Notes: generated by a model not told the origin, from the letters alone. Positions 1-9,790 are shown, numbered from the stretch's first letter. The stretch: DNA of 64,000 nt from Gammaproteobacteria bacterium (GCA_016179185.1 JACORW010000104.1:12124-76123), one strand, 5' to 3'. A program made the numbers and translations.

Positions 1-283
1 AATTGATATCCAGCATGTAGCGGCCGTCCCGTTCCGTCGTGTCGGTGCAGGCCCCTTGATGGAAGATGGCCTCCATGCGCGGCAGCGCGGGATCGTGCGC
101 GGCAATGCGGGCCCGGAAACTTTCGAGATCCAGATAGTCCGCGATCCGGCAGTTCACCAGGTTGAAAAACTTGCCGCCATCGGAAAGATCGTCCACCACC
201 ACCACGTCGTCACGGCCCAGGGCGTTCAGCCCGGCGACCAGATTGCTGCCGATGAAACCGGCTCCGCCGGTGACGACGATCAC
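1..283 (-). CDS. hldD: ADP-L-glycero-D-manno-heptose 6-epimerase, N-terminal part (gene runs off the window start)
   Basis: Minus-strand translation from GTG at 283 gives [42 protein letters not shown]. This is the Rossmann GxGxxG N-terminus typical of HldD/RfaD. The start forms a GTGA overlap with the hldE stop (280-283). Confidence 0.85.
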   Translation of the reverse strand, partial: MIVVTGGAGFIGSNLVAGLNALGRDDVVVVDDLSDGGKFFNLVNCRIADYLDLESFRARIAAHDPALPRMEAIFHQGACTDTTERDGRYMLDIN

Positions 284-1731
284 GTACTCCCCTCCGCGGC
301 GATCGCTGCGATCACCGCTGAGGTGGAGTGGCCGGCGATGAATGGAAGAATCTCGACACGGCCACCGTAGCTTTGCACCGTTTGCGCTCCGGCCACCTGA
401 TCAATGGTGTAATCACCACCCTTGACCAGGACGTCAGGGCGCAGCTGTTCCACCAGCATTGCGGGCGTGTCTTCGGAGAACCACGTCACCCAGTCCACGC
501 AGGCCAGCCCGGCCAGCACGCGCATCCGTGCCGCCAGCGGATTGAGCGGCCGCCCTGCGCCCTTCAGCCGCCGCACCGATGCGTCCGAATTGACCGCCAC
601 GAGCAGCCGATCGCCGAGCCGGCGCGACGTTTCCAGGTATTCCACGTGCCCGGCGTGGAGCAGGTCGAAGCAACCGTTGGTCATGACAACGCGCTCGCCG
701 CGCAAGCGCGCCGCCCGCGCAATGTCCCGGATCCGGTCCGGCTCGATCATTCTGCTGGACGCGGGCCGCGCCGGCACCAGAGCGGCGTTCAATTCCGCCA
801 CACTCAGGGCGGCGGTACCGAGCCTTTCCACAACCTTTCCGGCCGCCACATTGGCAAAGTTCACTGCCTGCCGCAGCGAATAGCCGGAGGCGATCGCGGC
901 CGCGGCGACTCCAATCACGGTGTCGCCGGCGCCGGTGACGTCAAATACTTCATGGCTGTGCGCGCGCATATGGGCGCAATCGCCGCCCGCCATTTCTATC
1001 AGCGTCATGCCGCGCTCGCCCCGGGTCACGAGCAGGGCCCGCAAGCCAAGCTCCGCGCCCAACTTCCTGCCTTTGGCCTCCAGATCGTCATCGTCGCGGC
1101 ACGGTCCGACGACTGCCTCGAACTCCCGCTGATTGGGCGTCAGCATCGTGGCACCTCGATAGCGTCCGAAGTCCGCCCCCTTGGGATCGACGAGCACGGA
1201 TTTTCCGGCGGCAGCCGCGGCATCGATCATGTCCCCGACCCGGTCAAGGGCACCCTTGGCATAGTCAGACAGCACCACACATGCGGCATCGGCAAGCAAT
1301 TTCTGAAATATCGGTACGCAGGCGTCGCCGCGGGCCTGGTGCGATTCGTAATCCAGGCGCAACAATTGCTGCTGCTGGCTGATGACCCGGACCTTCGTGA
1401 TTGTGGGCAGCTCCGGCAGCGAGGCCAGATGGCACTGGATCCCCGCTCCGGAAAGCAGCCGCAGCAGCGACGCGGCCGCGTCGTCCGCGCCCGTGATCCC
1501 AATCAGTTGCACGTCCATTCCCAGGCTCTTAATATTCAGCGCCACATTGGCGGCGCCGCCCGGTCGCTCTTCGGATCCGGTGATGCGGATCACCGGCACC
1601 GGCGCCTCCGGCGAAATGCGTTCACTTACGCCGTAGACATAGCGATCGAGCATGACGTCACCGACGACGAGAATCCCCGCGTCGCGCCGAGGTTCAAATT
1701 CCTGCAACATATGCCCGTTTCCGATGGTCAA
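280..1731 (-). CDS. hldE: Bifunctional D-beta-D-heptose 7-phosphate kinase / D-beta-D-heptose 1-phosphate adenylyltransferase
   Basis: 483-aa ORF. The N-terminal half is ribokinase-like ([26 protein letters not shown]). The C-terminal half is cytidylyltransferase-like ([19 protein letters not shown]). The true start may be the internal Met at 1710 (MLQEFEP). Confidence 0.93.
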   Translation of the reverse strand: MTIGNGHMLQEFEPRRDAGILVVGDVMLDRYVYGVSERISPEAPVPVIRITGSEERPGGAANVALNIKSLGMDVQLIGITGADDAAASLLRLLSGAGIQCHLASLPELPTITKVRVISQQQQLLRLDYESHQARGDACVPIFQKLLADAACVVLSDYAKGALDRVGDMIDAAAAAGKSVLVDPKGADFGRYRGATMLTPNQREFEAVVGPCRDDDDLEAKGRKLGAELGLRALLVTRGERGMTLIEMAGGDCAHMRAHSHEVFDVTGAGDTVIGVAAAAIASGYSLRQAVNFANVAAGKVVERLGTAALSVAELNAALVPARPASSRMIEPDRIRDIARAARLRGERVVMTNGCFDLLHAGHVEYLETSRRLGDRLLVAVNSDASVRRLKGAGRPLNPLAARMRVLAGLACVDWVTWFSEDTPAMLVEQLRPDVLVKGGDYTIDQVAGAQTVQSYGGRVEILPFIAGHSTSAVIAAIAAEGST

Positions 1732-1738
1732 ATTAACG

Positions 1739-2512
1739 ATGCTTTTCCCCGCGCGATGTTATCACGGACGAATCGCCTGTCAGGTCGTGACGGGGTTCCT
1801 GCTTTTGATCATGGCGGATCCCGTACATGCGGACGGGCGGCCTGCCGCCGAAACCGTTGCCACTGCCTGGCCCCCGGAATTTACGGCGCATTACCATCTC
1901 TATGATCGCGGCGTCAAAGTAGCCGAAATGCTCCGCTCCATGGAGCATGCCCCGGACGGCAGTTTTGTCTTTCGATCCGAGACCCATACAACGGGGTTGT
2001 TCTCGCTGGTGCGCAAGGACCGCGTAATCGAGCAGAGCCGCTGGCAGTTCGCCGAAGGGACCATTCGATCGCTGGCCTATGAGTACACGCGCAGCGGCGG
2101 CCACCGGGACCGAAACGTGGCCGTGCAGTTCAACTGGGAATCGCGGCGCATCATCAACATCATCAACGGCGATTCATGGCTCATGCCCGCCGTACCGCAG
2201 GTGGTCGACAAGCTCCTTTACCAGTTCGCATTGATGACCGATCTGCGTGCCGGGCGCTCCGGACTCAGCTATACCGTGGCCGACGGCGGAAAGGTAAAGA
2301 CCTATGAGATTGAAGCGCTCGGGGAGGAGTCAATCAGATCCTCGCTGGGCAATCTGCACGCGCTGAAATTCCGTCACCAGAAAGTGGGGGATGAGCGCAT
2401 CACCACGATCTGGTGCGCACCGCGATACCAGTATCTGCCGGTACAGGTGGAATATCAGGAGAAGAACGGTCCGAAGGTTCGCGTGGTGCTGGATTCCGTA
2501 ACCGGTTTGTAA
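1739..2512 (+). CDS. DUF3108-like secreted/outer-membrane-associated protein
   Basis: ORF 1652-2512. The Met at 1739 gives a signal-peptide-like N-terminus ([31 protein letters not shown]). The rest resembles the DUF3108 family, recognised by eye only. It is divergent from hldE. Confidence 0.6.
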   Translation: MLFPARCYHGRIACQVVTGFLLLIMADPVHADGRPAAETVATAWPPEFTAHYHLYDRGVKVAEMLRSMEHAPDGSFVFRSETHTTGLFSLVRKDRVIEQSRWQFAEGTIRSLAYEYTRSGGHRDRNVAVQFNWESRRIINIINGDSWLMPAVPQVVDKLLYQFALMTDLRAGRSGLSYTVADGGKVKTYEIEALGEESIRSSLGNLHALKFRHQKVGDERITTIWCAPRYQYLPVQVEYQEKNGPKVRVVLDSVTGL

Positions 2513-2519
2513 CAGTCCC

Positions 2520-3290
2520 TCAACGCTGCTGCGCGCGCTCCTGCAGGGCAGCCAGCAGGTCATCCGGCGGCATATAGCCGGGCAGCGCCCTGCCGTCCGT
2601 CGTGTAGATTGCCGGCGTGCCGCGGACGCCGATTGCCTCTCCCAGCGCGAACTCCCTGGCTACGGGACTGGCGCAGGTCTTCGACGGCACCGGCTTGCCC
2701 AGCTTGGCGTCGGTCAGAGCCTGGCGCCGATCCGCGGCACACCAGACGGACTCCATCTGCTCGAACGCGGGGGACCCGACACCCGCCCGGGGAAACGCAA
2801 GATACCGCACCGCAATGCCGCGCCGGTTTATTTCCGCCATTTCCCGATGCAGGCGCCGGCAATAACCGCACTGCGTGTCGGTAAAGACGTACACAACATG
2901 CTTCGGGGAAGGCGGCGCGAATTCGATCATGTCCGCAAGCGGAACTTCATTCAGTCTCTGAACCCGTGCCGTGGATCTCTTTTGCTCGGTCAGGTTCCGG
3001 CGCTCGGTCAGATCAAGCATGTCGCCCTGTATCAGATAGCGCCCGTCTGTCGTCATGTAGAGCACTTCCGTGCCCACCTGAATTTCGTACAGCCCGGGCA
3101 CCGGCGCGGGCGACACGCGCGTAACCTCCTGGTCGGGAAGCAATCCCTTGAGCACGGCCTTCAGCCGGGGTTCGACCGCGGGAGTTTCGTCCGCCCACGC
3201 GGATGACATGGGCAATATCAACGTCACGGCGCCGAGAATCATCGCGCCGCCCATCGCCGTGCTTTTCGAAATCATGCTGCGCCCGGTCAA
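2520..3290 (-). CDS. dsbC: Periplasmic thiol:disulfide interchange protein DsbC
   Basis: 256-aa ORF with a signal peptide (AMILGAVTLILPMSSAWA), a DsbC-type N-terminal dimerisation region and a thioredoxin CGYC active site (FTDTQCGYCRRLH). Confidence 0.88.
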   Translation of the reverse strand: MTGRSMISKSTAMGGAMILGAVTLILPMSSAWADETPAVEPRLKAVLKGLLPDQEVTRVSPAPVPGLYEIQVGTEVLYMTTDGRYLIQGDMLDLTERRNLTEQKRSTARVQRLNEVPLADMIEFAPPSPKHVVYVFTDTQCGYCRRLHREMAEINRRGIAVRYLAFPRAGVGSPAFEQMESVWCAADRRQALTDAKLGKPVPSKTCASPVAREFALGEAIGVRGTPAIYTTDGRALPGYMPPDDLLAALQERAQQR

Positions 3291-3344
3291 TCCGGGCCCT
3301 CGCCGGGAATTTAAGGTATGTTATCAGACCGGTAATTCCAGGAC

Positions 3345-5141
3345 TTGTTCAGCGCCGGCTCCGCCATGAAATCAGCCAGAAGCAACCCTCCCGAAGGCAG
3401 GCTGCAGCTGGATTTCGTGCTGGAGAGCCTGGTCAAGGAAGGCATTTTGTCGAACCAGCAGGTCGCGCAGTTCCGAACCCAGGCTCGGGCCGATGACCCG
3501 CGCCACCCACTGGTCATCGTAGCCGAACAGGGATGGCAGAGCAGCACCAGGCCGGCATATCCCGTGACACTGGAACAGTTGACGCGCTGGCTGGCCGGCA
3601 GGTCCGGCCAGCCCTATCTGCGCATTGACCCGTTGAAGATTGACGTCAGCCGCATCACCGGCGTGGTCTCCCAGGCTTACGCGGCCAAGCTGAAAATCCT
3701 GCCGGTGGACGTTACAGACACCGAACTCACAGTGGCTACCTGCGAGCCCTTTATCCGCAACTGGGAACACGAGCTGGAGCGTACCTCCAGACTGCACATC
3801 AAGCGCGTGGTCATCAACCCCAATGACCTTGATCGCTATCTGGTCGAGTTTTACGGCATCAGCCGATCGATCCTTGGTGCTGTTTCGGACACACGCCGCC
3901 AATCCGCCGGCGGCATACAGAGCTTCGAGCAACTGGTGGAAGTAGGCAAGGTGGGAGAACCGGACGCCAATGACCGGCACGTTGTCAGTCTGGTGGACTG
4001 GCTGTTGCAATTCGCGTTCGAGCAGCGTGCCAGCGACATTCATCTCGAGCCAAGGCGCGAAAGCGGGCGCGTACGCTTCCGCATAGACGGGTTGCTGCAT
4101 GCAGTCCATGAGTTGCCCATGGCGCTGATGGGGGCGATTACCAGCCGGCTGAAATCCCTGGGCCGCATGGACGTCACCGACAAGCGGCGGCCCCAGGATG
4201 GACGTATCAAGACCAAAACCCCCGCCGGAAACGAGGTGGAAATGCGACTGTCCACGATGCCGACCGCCTTTGGCGAGAAGCTCGTGCTGCGCATTTTCGA
4301 TCCGGAAATGCTGATGAAGTCCTTTGCCGAACTGGGATTCACTCCCCATGAGCAGAAAAACTGGGAAACCATGGTGGCGAATCCGCACGGCGTGGTACTT
4401 GTGACCGGCCCGACCGGATCCGGAAAGACCACCACGCTGTATTCGGCGCTGAAACACATCGCGCGCCCGGAAATCAATGTGTGCACGATTGAAGACCCGA
4501 TTGAGCTGGTTGACCCGCAATTCAACCAGATGCAGGTGCAGCCGGTCATCGACGTGACCTTTGCCGCCGGCGTGCGCACGCTGCTGCGCCAGGATCCGGA
4601 CGTGATAATGATCGGCGAGATACGCGATCGCGAAACCGCAGAAGTCGCCATTCAGGCGGCCCTCACCGGCCATCTGGTGCTGTCGAGCCTGCACACCAAC
4701 GATGCCCCGGCGACCATCACCCGGCTGATAGATATCGGCGCCCAGCCCTACCTGATTGCCGCGACACTGCTGGGCGTCATGGCCCAGCGGCTTATCCGCA
4801 TCCTGTGTCCCCATTGCCGCAGGGCCGGGCCGGTTGACCCGGCCGCGTGGAATTCACTGGTGGGGACCGCCAGACTGACGCCGCCCAAGTCCGTCAACCA
4901 TGCCGCCGGTTGCGATGAGTGCCGGCATACCGGCTATCTGGGCCGCATTGGCATCTACGAATCCCTGCTGATTGACGATGACTTCCGCGCGTTGATTAAC
5001 GGCGGCGCCAGTCTGCAGGCGTTCCATGAGCTCACGCGCAAGAAAAAGCTCAGGACGCTGCGCCTCAGCGGGGCATTGAAGGTTGCCGAGGGGATCACCA
5101 CGCTGGAAGAGGTGCTGTCGGCCGTGCCACCGGCAGCGTGA
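3345..5141 (+). CDS. GspE/PilB-family secretion ATPase (type II secretion / type IV pilus assembly ATPase superfamily), orphan
   Basis: 598-aa ORF with a T2SSE_N-like N-domain. It has Walker A (GPTGSGKTTT), Walker B/Asp box (DPDVIMIGEIRD), a His box (TGHLVLSSLHTND) and a C-terminal tetracysteine motif (CPHC...CDEC). The start could be the Met at 3366. Confidence 0.88.
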   Translation: MFSAGSAMKSARSNPPEGRLQLDFVLESLVKEGILSNQQVAQFRTQARADDPRHPLVIVAEQGWQSSTRPAYPVTLEQLTRWLAGRSGQPYLRIDPLKIDVSRITGVVSQAYAAKLKILPVDVTDTELTVATCEPFIRNWEHELERTSRLHIKRVVINPNDLDRYLVEFYGISRSILGAVSDTRRQSAGGIQSFEQLVEVGKVGEPDANDRHVVSLVDWLLQFAFEQRASDIHLEPRRESGRVRFRIDGLLHAVHELPMALMGAITSRLKSLGRMDVTDKRRPQDGRIKTKTPAGNEVEMRLSTMPTAFGEKLVLRIFDPEMLMKSFAELGFTPHEQKNWETMVANPHGVVLVTGPTGSGKTTTLYSALKHIARPEINVCTIEDPIELVDPQFNQMQVQPVIDVTFAAGVRTLLRQDPDVIMIGEIRDRETAEVAIQAALTGHLVLSSLHTNDAPATITRLIDIGAQPYLIAATLLGVMAQRLIRILCPHCRRAGPVDPAAWNSLVGTARLTPPKSVNHAAGCDECRHTGYLGRIGIYESLLIDDDFRALINGGASLQAFHELTRKKKLRTLRLSGALKVAEGITTLEEVLSAVPPAA

Positions 5142-5144
5142 ATC

Positions 5145-5242
5145 AGTTATAAGTCACAAGTTACAAGTTACAAGGAAAGTCAAAACACGGAACCCTGAAT
5201 TTTTTGGGTTGCCTTGTGACTTGTAACTTGTGACTTGTAACT
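5145..5242. repeat. AT-rich long hairpin with arms made of degenerate 7-nt repeats (heptad hairpin 1)
   Basis: The left arm (5145-5175, AGTTATAAGTCACAAGTTACAAGTTACAAGG) is complementary to the right arm (5212-5242, CCTTGTGACTTGTAACTTGTGACTTGTAACT) with 2 mismatches over 31 nt. Each arm is 4 copies of AGTYAYA. The 36-nt loop holds a small AACCC/GGGTT hairpin. It sits between the convergent GspE-like gene and xerD. Confidence 0.85.
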
Positions 5243-5247
5243 TTGTT

Positions 5248-6207
5248 TCATCCCCGCGGGTGGTGTTGTTGATGCAGTTTCTTCAGCCGCTCCTTTGCCA
5301 CATGCGTGTAAATCTGTGTCGTGGAAATATCGGCGTGGCCGAGCAGCATCTGGACGGCACGCAAGTCCGCGCCGTGATTCAGGAGATGCGTCGCGAAGGC
5401 GTGCCGCAGCACGTGCGGGGAGATGGCGCGCGCCATTCCGGCCTTCCGCGCATGACGCCTGATGGCGTGCCAGAACGCCTGGCGCGTCAACGGTGCGCCG
5501 CGCCGCCCGGGGAACAGCGTGGCCCCGGGCACATTGCGCAGCAGCGCCGGCCGGGCCGTCCTCAGATACCTGTCCAGCCAGTGCGCGGCCTCCTCGCCCA
5601 GCGGCACCAGGCGCTCTTTGTTGCCCTTGCCCAGCACACGGACGACGCCCTGGCGCAGATTGATCTGTTCCATGCGCAAACCCACCAGTTCCGAAACGCG
5701 CAAGCCGGTCGCATACAGCAATTCGAGCATGGCCCGGTCGCGCATGCCCCTGTCATGGTTCGTGTCCGGGGCAGCCAGCAGTGATTCCACTTCAACTTCG
5801 CTGAGGGACCTGGGCAGTCCCCGGCCGAGACGCGGCGATTCGACATTGGCCGTGGGGTCGGCGGCCATGCGCCCGGTTCGCTGCAGGAACTGGAACAGGC
5901 GCCGCAATGCCGACAGCCGGCGCGCAGTGGTGCGCGCCGTCCTTCCGCGCTGGGCGCCCAGAAATGCCAGTATGTCGGCCGTTTCAGCGCCGGCCAGCCG
6001 GCCGCCGCGGGCGCCGTGCCACTGGAGAAAATGCCGCAGATCGGACCGGTAAGCCTGGAGCGTGTTGGCGCTCAAGCCGCGCTCCATCCACAACGCATCC
6101 AGAAAGATGTCGATCAGTCCGGAATCCGTTCCCGAATCCGCGGACTTCTTCACTGACTGCCGGCGGCGGGTCGGGCCACTCATCCCCGCTCCGCCGGTCC
6201 GGTTCAC
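5248..6207 (-). CDS. xerD: Site-specific tyrosine recombinase XerD
   Basis: 319-aa ORF with an N-terminal SAM-like domain ([25 protein letters not shown]) and catalytic C-terminal motifs ([28 protein letters not shown]). The start may be an internal Met (6183). Confidence 0.9.
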   Translation of the reverse strand: MNRTGGAGMSGPTRRRQSVKKSADSGTDSGLIDIFLDALWMERGLSANTLQAYRSDLRHFLQWHGARGGRLAGAETADILAFLGAQRGRTARTTARRLSALRRLFQFLQRTGRMAADPTANVESPRLGRGLPRSLSEVEVESLLAAPDTNHDRGMRDRAMLELLYATGLRVSELVGLRMEQINLRQGVVRVLGKGNKERLVPLGEEAAHWLDRYLRTARPALLRNVPGATLFPGRRGAPLTRQAFWHAIRRHARKAGMARAISPHVLRHAFATHLLNHGADLRAVQMLLGHADISTTQIYTHVAKERLKKLHQQHHPRG

Positions 6208-6593
6208 TCCGTGCCGGCTTCCGATTCCGTTTCTGCCTCGGTGCCGGTCCGGATCTTCTCGCGGATGCGCGCCGACTTGCCGCGCCGTTCGCGCATGTAG
6301 TAGAGCTTGGCGCGGCGCACGTCGCCCTTGCGCTTGACTTCAATGCCGGCGATGGACGCGCTGTGCGTCTGGAATACGCGTTCCACGCCTTCGCCGTAGG
6401 AGATCTTGCGGACGGTAAACGAGGAATTCAGCCCGCGATTGCGCATCGCAATGACCACGCCCTCAAAGGCCTGCAGGCGTTCGCGCTGGCCTTCCAGCAC
6501 GCGCACCTGGACTACGACCGTGTCGCCGGGGGCGAATGCCGGAATGTCCTTCTTCAGTTGTTCCGCTTCGAGTTGTTCGATGATGTTGTTCAT
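6204..6593 (-). CDS. rplS: 50S ribosomal protein L19
   Basis: The Met at 6593 gives [49 protein letters not shown], which is canonical L19. The upstream part of ORF 6204-6731 overlaps trmD and is not coding. There is a short acidic C-terminal tail ([14 protein letters not shown]). Confidence 0.95.
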   Translation of the reverse strand: MNNIIEQLEAEQLKKDIPAFAPGDTVVVQVRVLEGQRERLQAFEGVVIAMRNRGLNSSFTVRKISYGEGVERVFQTHSASIAGIEVKRKGDVRRAKLYYMRERRGKSARIREKIRTGTEAETESEAGTE

Positions 6594-6628
6594 TTTCCCG
6601 CACTCCTGAATCCAGTTCTGTTCAATCA

Positions 6629-7378
6629 TTACGACTGCGCCGCAGTGTGCTCCTTGATGAATTCCTCCAACAGCCCGGTTTCTTCGGCGCTCAACGGGCG
6701 CTGCTCCAGCAGGTCCGGACGCCTCTGCCACGTCCGTCCCAATGCTTGTTTCAGGCGCCAGCGCCGAATGGCGCCATGATTGCCGCTCAACAGCACCTCC
6801 GGCACGCGCCGCCCGTCCACTGTTTCCGGACGGGTATAGTGCGGATAGTCGAGCAACCCGTCCATGAATGACTCCGCCTGTGCGGATTCCCCGTCACCCA
6901 ACGCCCCGGGCAACAGGCGTGTCATGGCATCCAGCAACACGAGGCAGGCGAGCTCGCCGCCGCTCAGTACGTAGTCGCCGATGGACCATTCCTCGTCCAC
7001 CTCGGCTTCAATCAGCCGTTCGTCCAGACCCTCGTAGCGCCCCGCCAGCAGGACCAGCGACTCCAGCCGCGCCAGCGACTGGATATCGGCTTGCGCCAGG
7101 CGCCTTCCCTGCGGCGTCAGCAGATGAACCCGGGCGCCGGGCAGGGCCTGGCGCGCCTCGCGGATACTGGCCCGCACCGGCTCAAACATCATCACCATGC
7201 CAGGGCCGCCGCCATAGGGACGATCATCCACGGAGCGATGCGTGTCGCGCGCATGATCGCGGGGATTGAACACCGACAAATGAACCAGTTTCCGATCCAC
7301 CGCCCGAGCGCTGATGCCCCAGTCCGAGTACAGATCGAACATCTCGGGGAACAGCGTCACCACTCCGACCCTGAGCAT
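6629..7378 (-). CDS. trmD: tRNA (guanine37-N1)-methyltransferase
   Basis: 249-aa ORF ([14 protein letters not shown]..., [26 protein letters not shown]), in the conserved rpsP-rimM-trmD-rplS order. Confidence 0.95.
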   Translation of the reverse strand: MLRVGVVTLFPEMFDLYSDWGISARAVDRKLVHLSVFNPRDHARDTHRSVDDRPYGGGPGMVMMFEPVRASIREARQALPGARVHLLTPQGRRLAQADIQSLARLESLVLLAGRYEGLDERLIEAEVDEEWSIGDYVLSGGELACLVLLDAMTRLLPGALGDGESAQAESFMDGLLDYPHYTRPETVDGRRVPEVLLSGNHGAIRRWRLKQALGRTWQRRPDLLEQRPLSAEETGLLEEFIKEHTAAQS

Positions 7379-7915
7379 TTACCGATACTCCGGATCCCAA
7401 TCTACCAGAATCACGCCGGCCGCAATGTCCACGCTGTCTACTATCCGGCCCGGGACGAAGGGGATCAGTATTCGTCCCATGGCACCTGCCACCGCAAGCA
7501 CGTCATTGGCGCCGGTCTCCAGGAGTTCGGTAACGCGCCCGAACTCCACGCCGGACCTGGAACGCACGCGCAGCCCCACCAGATCGCTCCAGTAATACTG
7601 CCCGGCGGGCAGCCGGGGCAGTTGATCGCGCCGTATCGCAATCTCCATGCCGATCCACTTCTGCGCCCCGGTCCGTGTCTGCGCGAGATCCAATTGCACC
7701 GTCAGTTCGCCGCCGCTTCGTCCGGAACCGACTACCCGACACGGCACCCAGCCGGACGGACCTTGTATCATCCAGGGATCGAACCGGAGCAGGTTCTCCC
7801 GGGGGCGGGTGTAGGAAAAAACCTTGAACCAACCCCTGACGCCATAGATACCGCGGATCTTTCCGACCACCACCGGCGCGTCCGTGGCGACGGCGCGGGG
7901 CGCTTCGGAAGACAT
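7379..7915 (-). CDS. rimM: 16S rRNA processing protein RimM
   Basis: ORF 7379-8005. The Met at 7915 (MSSEAPRAV...VVVGKIRGIYGVRGWFKVFSYT) avoids overlap with rpsP and matches the RimM N-terminus. Confidence 0.9.
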   Translation of the reverse strand: MSSEAPRAVATDAPVVVGKIRGIYGVRGWFKVFSYTRPRENLLRFDPWMIQGPSGWVPCRVVGSGRSGGELTVQLDLAQTRTGAQKWIGMEIAIRRDQLPRLPAGQYYWSDLVGLRVRSRSGVEFGRVTELLETGANDVLAVAGAMGRILIPFVPGRIVDSVDIAAGVILVDWDPEYR

Positions 7916-7923
7916 GGGTTGGA

Positions 7924-8181
7924 TCAGGCGGCAGCTTTTGCCTTGCGGCAACGGCTGATCAGTTCGCTGACCCGCTCCGAAGGCCTGGCGCCGCACCCAA
8001 GCCAATGATCGACACGCGCCAGGTCCACCTCCAGTTTACGTTCGTTGCCCGCGGCGATCGGATTGAAAAACCCGACGCGTTCAATATGCCGGCCGTCGCG
8101 CTTTTTACGCGAGTCCGTCACCACAATGTGAAAAAAGGGCCGGTTCTTTGCCCCGCCCCGCGCCAAACGAATCGTTACCAT
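7924..8181 (-). CDS. rpsP: 30S ribosomal protein S16
   Basis: 85-aa [44 protein letters not shown]. Confidence 0.96.
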   Translation of the reverse strand: MVTIRLARGGAKNRPFFHIVVTDSRKKRDGRHIERVGFFNPIAAGNERKLEVDLARVDHWLGCGARPSERVSELISRCRKAKAAA

Positions 8182-8400
8182 CGCGTTTCGACTCCACCTA
8201 AGCTGATGATGCAGGAATTTCTGGTTATGACTGGAGCCGAACCGGCCCCAAAAAAGGGCGCTATTGTACGGGAAGTGCCAGAAAAAGAAAGGCTTACGCC
8301 AGCTTCCGGCCTCAGGGGGCGCCGCTGGCCGGACCTCGGCAATAGACCTTCACTGTCAGCCTTAACTCCGCGAACCCTATAGAGATTACGAAGGTACTTC

Positions 8401-8991
8401 ATGGAATTTCGAGATCCGGCCCTCACCGCGCAGAAACAGGCGCTGCGGCCGACGCTGCTCCAGCGCCGCGAAATCCTCAGCGCTGCGGACCGCACCGCGT
8501 GGAGCAAGACGATCGAATCGCGCGTGCTGGCCCTGCCCGAAGTGGAGCGGTCCAAGAATGTCTTCTGCTTTATCTCCCACGGCCCGGAAGTGAACACCCA
8601 TGGCATCCTCAACGGCCTGCTTTCCCAGGGCAAAACGGTTCTGGTTCCGAAGATCCTCCGCGGCGAACCCATGCGCGCGGTGCGTTTCCTCCACTGGGCC
8701 GAACTCGCGCCGGGCACCCTCGGCATCCCGGCCCCGGCGAATTCCGCTGCCTTCGACGGACACATTGACGTTGTCATCGCACCTGGGCTGGCGTTCACGC
8801 CGGATGGCATCCGGATCGGATACGGCCGGGGCTATTACGATCGCTGGTTCGCGACCCACGCCCATGGCCTGCGCGTGGGTATCGTGTTCGACGCCCAGGT
8901 GCAATCCGATTTGCCCGCCGACGCCGACGACATTCGGATGCACATGCTGATCACCGAGCAGAGACAGATCCGCATTCCGGCCGCGGATTAG
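8401..8991 (+). CDS. ygfA: 5-formyltetrahydrofolate cyclo-ligase
   Basis: 196-aa ORF with the family layout (LRPTLLQRREIL..., VLVPKI, GIPAP, IDVVIAPGLAFTPDGIRIGYGRGYYDRWF). Confidence 0.85.
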   Translation: MEFRDPALTAQKQALRPTLLQRREILSAADRTAWSKTIESRVLALPEVERSKNVFCFISHGPEVNTHGILNGLLSQGKTVLVPKILRGEPMRAVRFLHWAELAPGTLGIPAPANSAAFDGHIDVVIAPGLAFTPDGIRIGYGRGYYDRWFATHAHGLRVGIVFDAQVQSDLPADADDIRMHMLITEQRQIRIPAAD

Positions 8992-9125
8992 ACAGCCTGC
9001 ACCGGAACCCTGCTAGTAGCCTATCGCACAGTTGACCTCAACAATCAGATTCGTGAACAGGCAAGGTTTCGGCACGAATCTTCGAGGCAACGCCAATCGA
9101 GGCGGTCGGTCCATAACTCAGTGCG

Positions 9126-9527
9126 TCAGGCCTGCCAAAGCCGTGCCGCGCGGGATTTGCGCAGATTCGAATCGTAGGTCACGAGTGGGAAGGAATGCGT
9201 GCGGGCAGTCGCGACGATCAGGCGGTCCGCCGGATCGCTGGACATCGCCGCCGGCAAATCGTTGAGCGTCAGGATTATCTGGACGTCTATGGGAACGATC
9301 TGAATGACTTCAGGCACAGTAGCCGCAAACAGCCAGATATCGAATCCATCGACAGGCTGAAAGCGGCCCTTCGCAAACGCCATCTGCACTTCCCAGAGAC
9401 TGATGGCGGCCAATCGAAGTTCACGGCGAGCGGCAAGGCCGTCTAATGCGACACGTTCTCGCTTGGACAACCGGCCTCCTCCGGATAACCACCATACCCA
9501 GACATGGGTGTCCAGGAGGACCGTCAT
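9126..9527 (-). CDS. vapC: PIN-domain toxin (VapC family) of a type II toxin-antitoxin module
   Basis: 133-aa ORF MTVLLDTHVWVWWLSGG...ISLWEV...DPADRLIVATA, with the acidic residues of a PIN fold. The start abuts the stop of the upstream antitoxin gene. Confidence 0.85.
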   Translation of the reverse strand: MTVLLDTHVWVWWLSGGGRLSKRERVALDGLAARRELRLAAISLWEVQMAFAKGRFQPVDGFDIWLFAATVPEVIQIVPIDVQIILTLNDLPAAMSSDPADRLIVATARTHSFPLVTYDSNLRKSRAARLWQA

Positions 9528-9767
9528 TCAGAGTCCCTTGAAGTCCCGCTCTGAAACGAAAGTCTCTTCCGGTTCCGCGAGCCACCTGGCGCGACCTTGC
9601 AGCCGTTCCCATGGCCTGGCATCGCTTGCACCCGGCGTCGCGCGTAACGGCCCAAGTTGCGCAACAATCCGGCCGTGCCGGGTAATTGTGACCGGCTTTC
9701 CGGACCGTTCGACTTGCCGAACAATCTTTAGGCAATGCTGCTTGAATTCCGTGATAGAAATGCCCAT
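9528..9767 (-). CDS. vapB: Phd/YefM-type antitoxin (VapB partner)
   Basis: 79-aa ORF MGISITEFKQHCLKIVRQVERSGKPVTITRHGRIVAQL, a typical Phd/YefM N-terminus. It lies immediately upstream of vapC. Confidence 0.85.
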   Translation of the reverse strand: MGISITEFKQHCLKIVRQVERSGKPVTITRHGRIVAQLGPLRATPGASDARPWERLQGRARWLAEPEETFVSERDFKGL

Positions 9768-9790
9768 TTGTTAATTATAAATGGCCATTT
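9758..9790 (-). promoter_or_regulatory. Candidate vapBC promoter/operator: two 12-bp palindromic boxes flanking a TATAAT
   Basis: AAATGCCCATTT (9758-9769, overlapping the vapB ATG) and the perfect palindrome AAATGGCCATTT (9779-9790) flank a minus-strand TATAAT (9774-9779). That TATAAT ends 6 nt before the ATG, and there is no SD. Confidence 0.4.

Noticed and set aside
328-1905. 525-aa plus-strand ORF antisense to hldE. Similar long antisense ORFs include 3372-4814, 13385-14647, 19906-21984, 23873-26221, 26697-28118, 44300-45673, 45979-47175, 47188-48252, 52119-53258, 55193-57130 and 58784-60022.
   Set aside because: Each lies opposite a gene with unmistakable family motifs. Their translations are Arg/Ala/Gly/Pro/His-rich low-complexity strings, typical of stop-poor antisense frames in GC-rich DNA.
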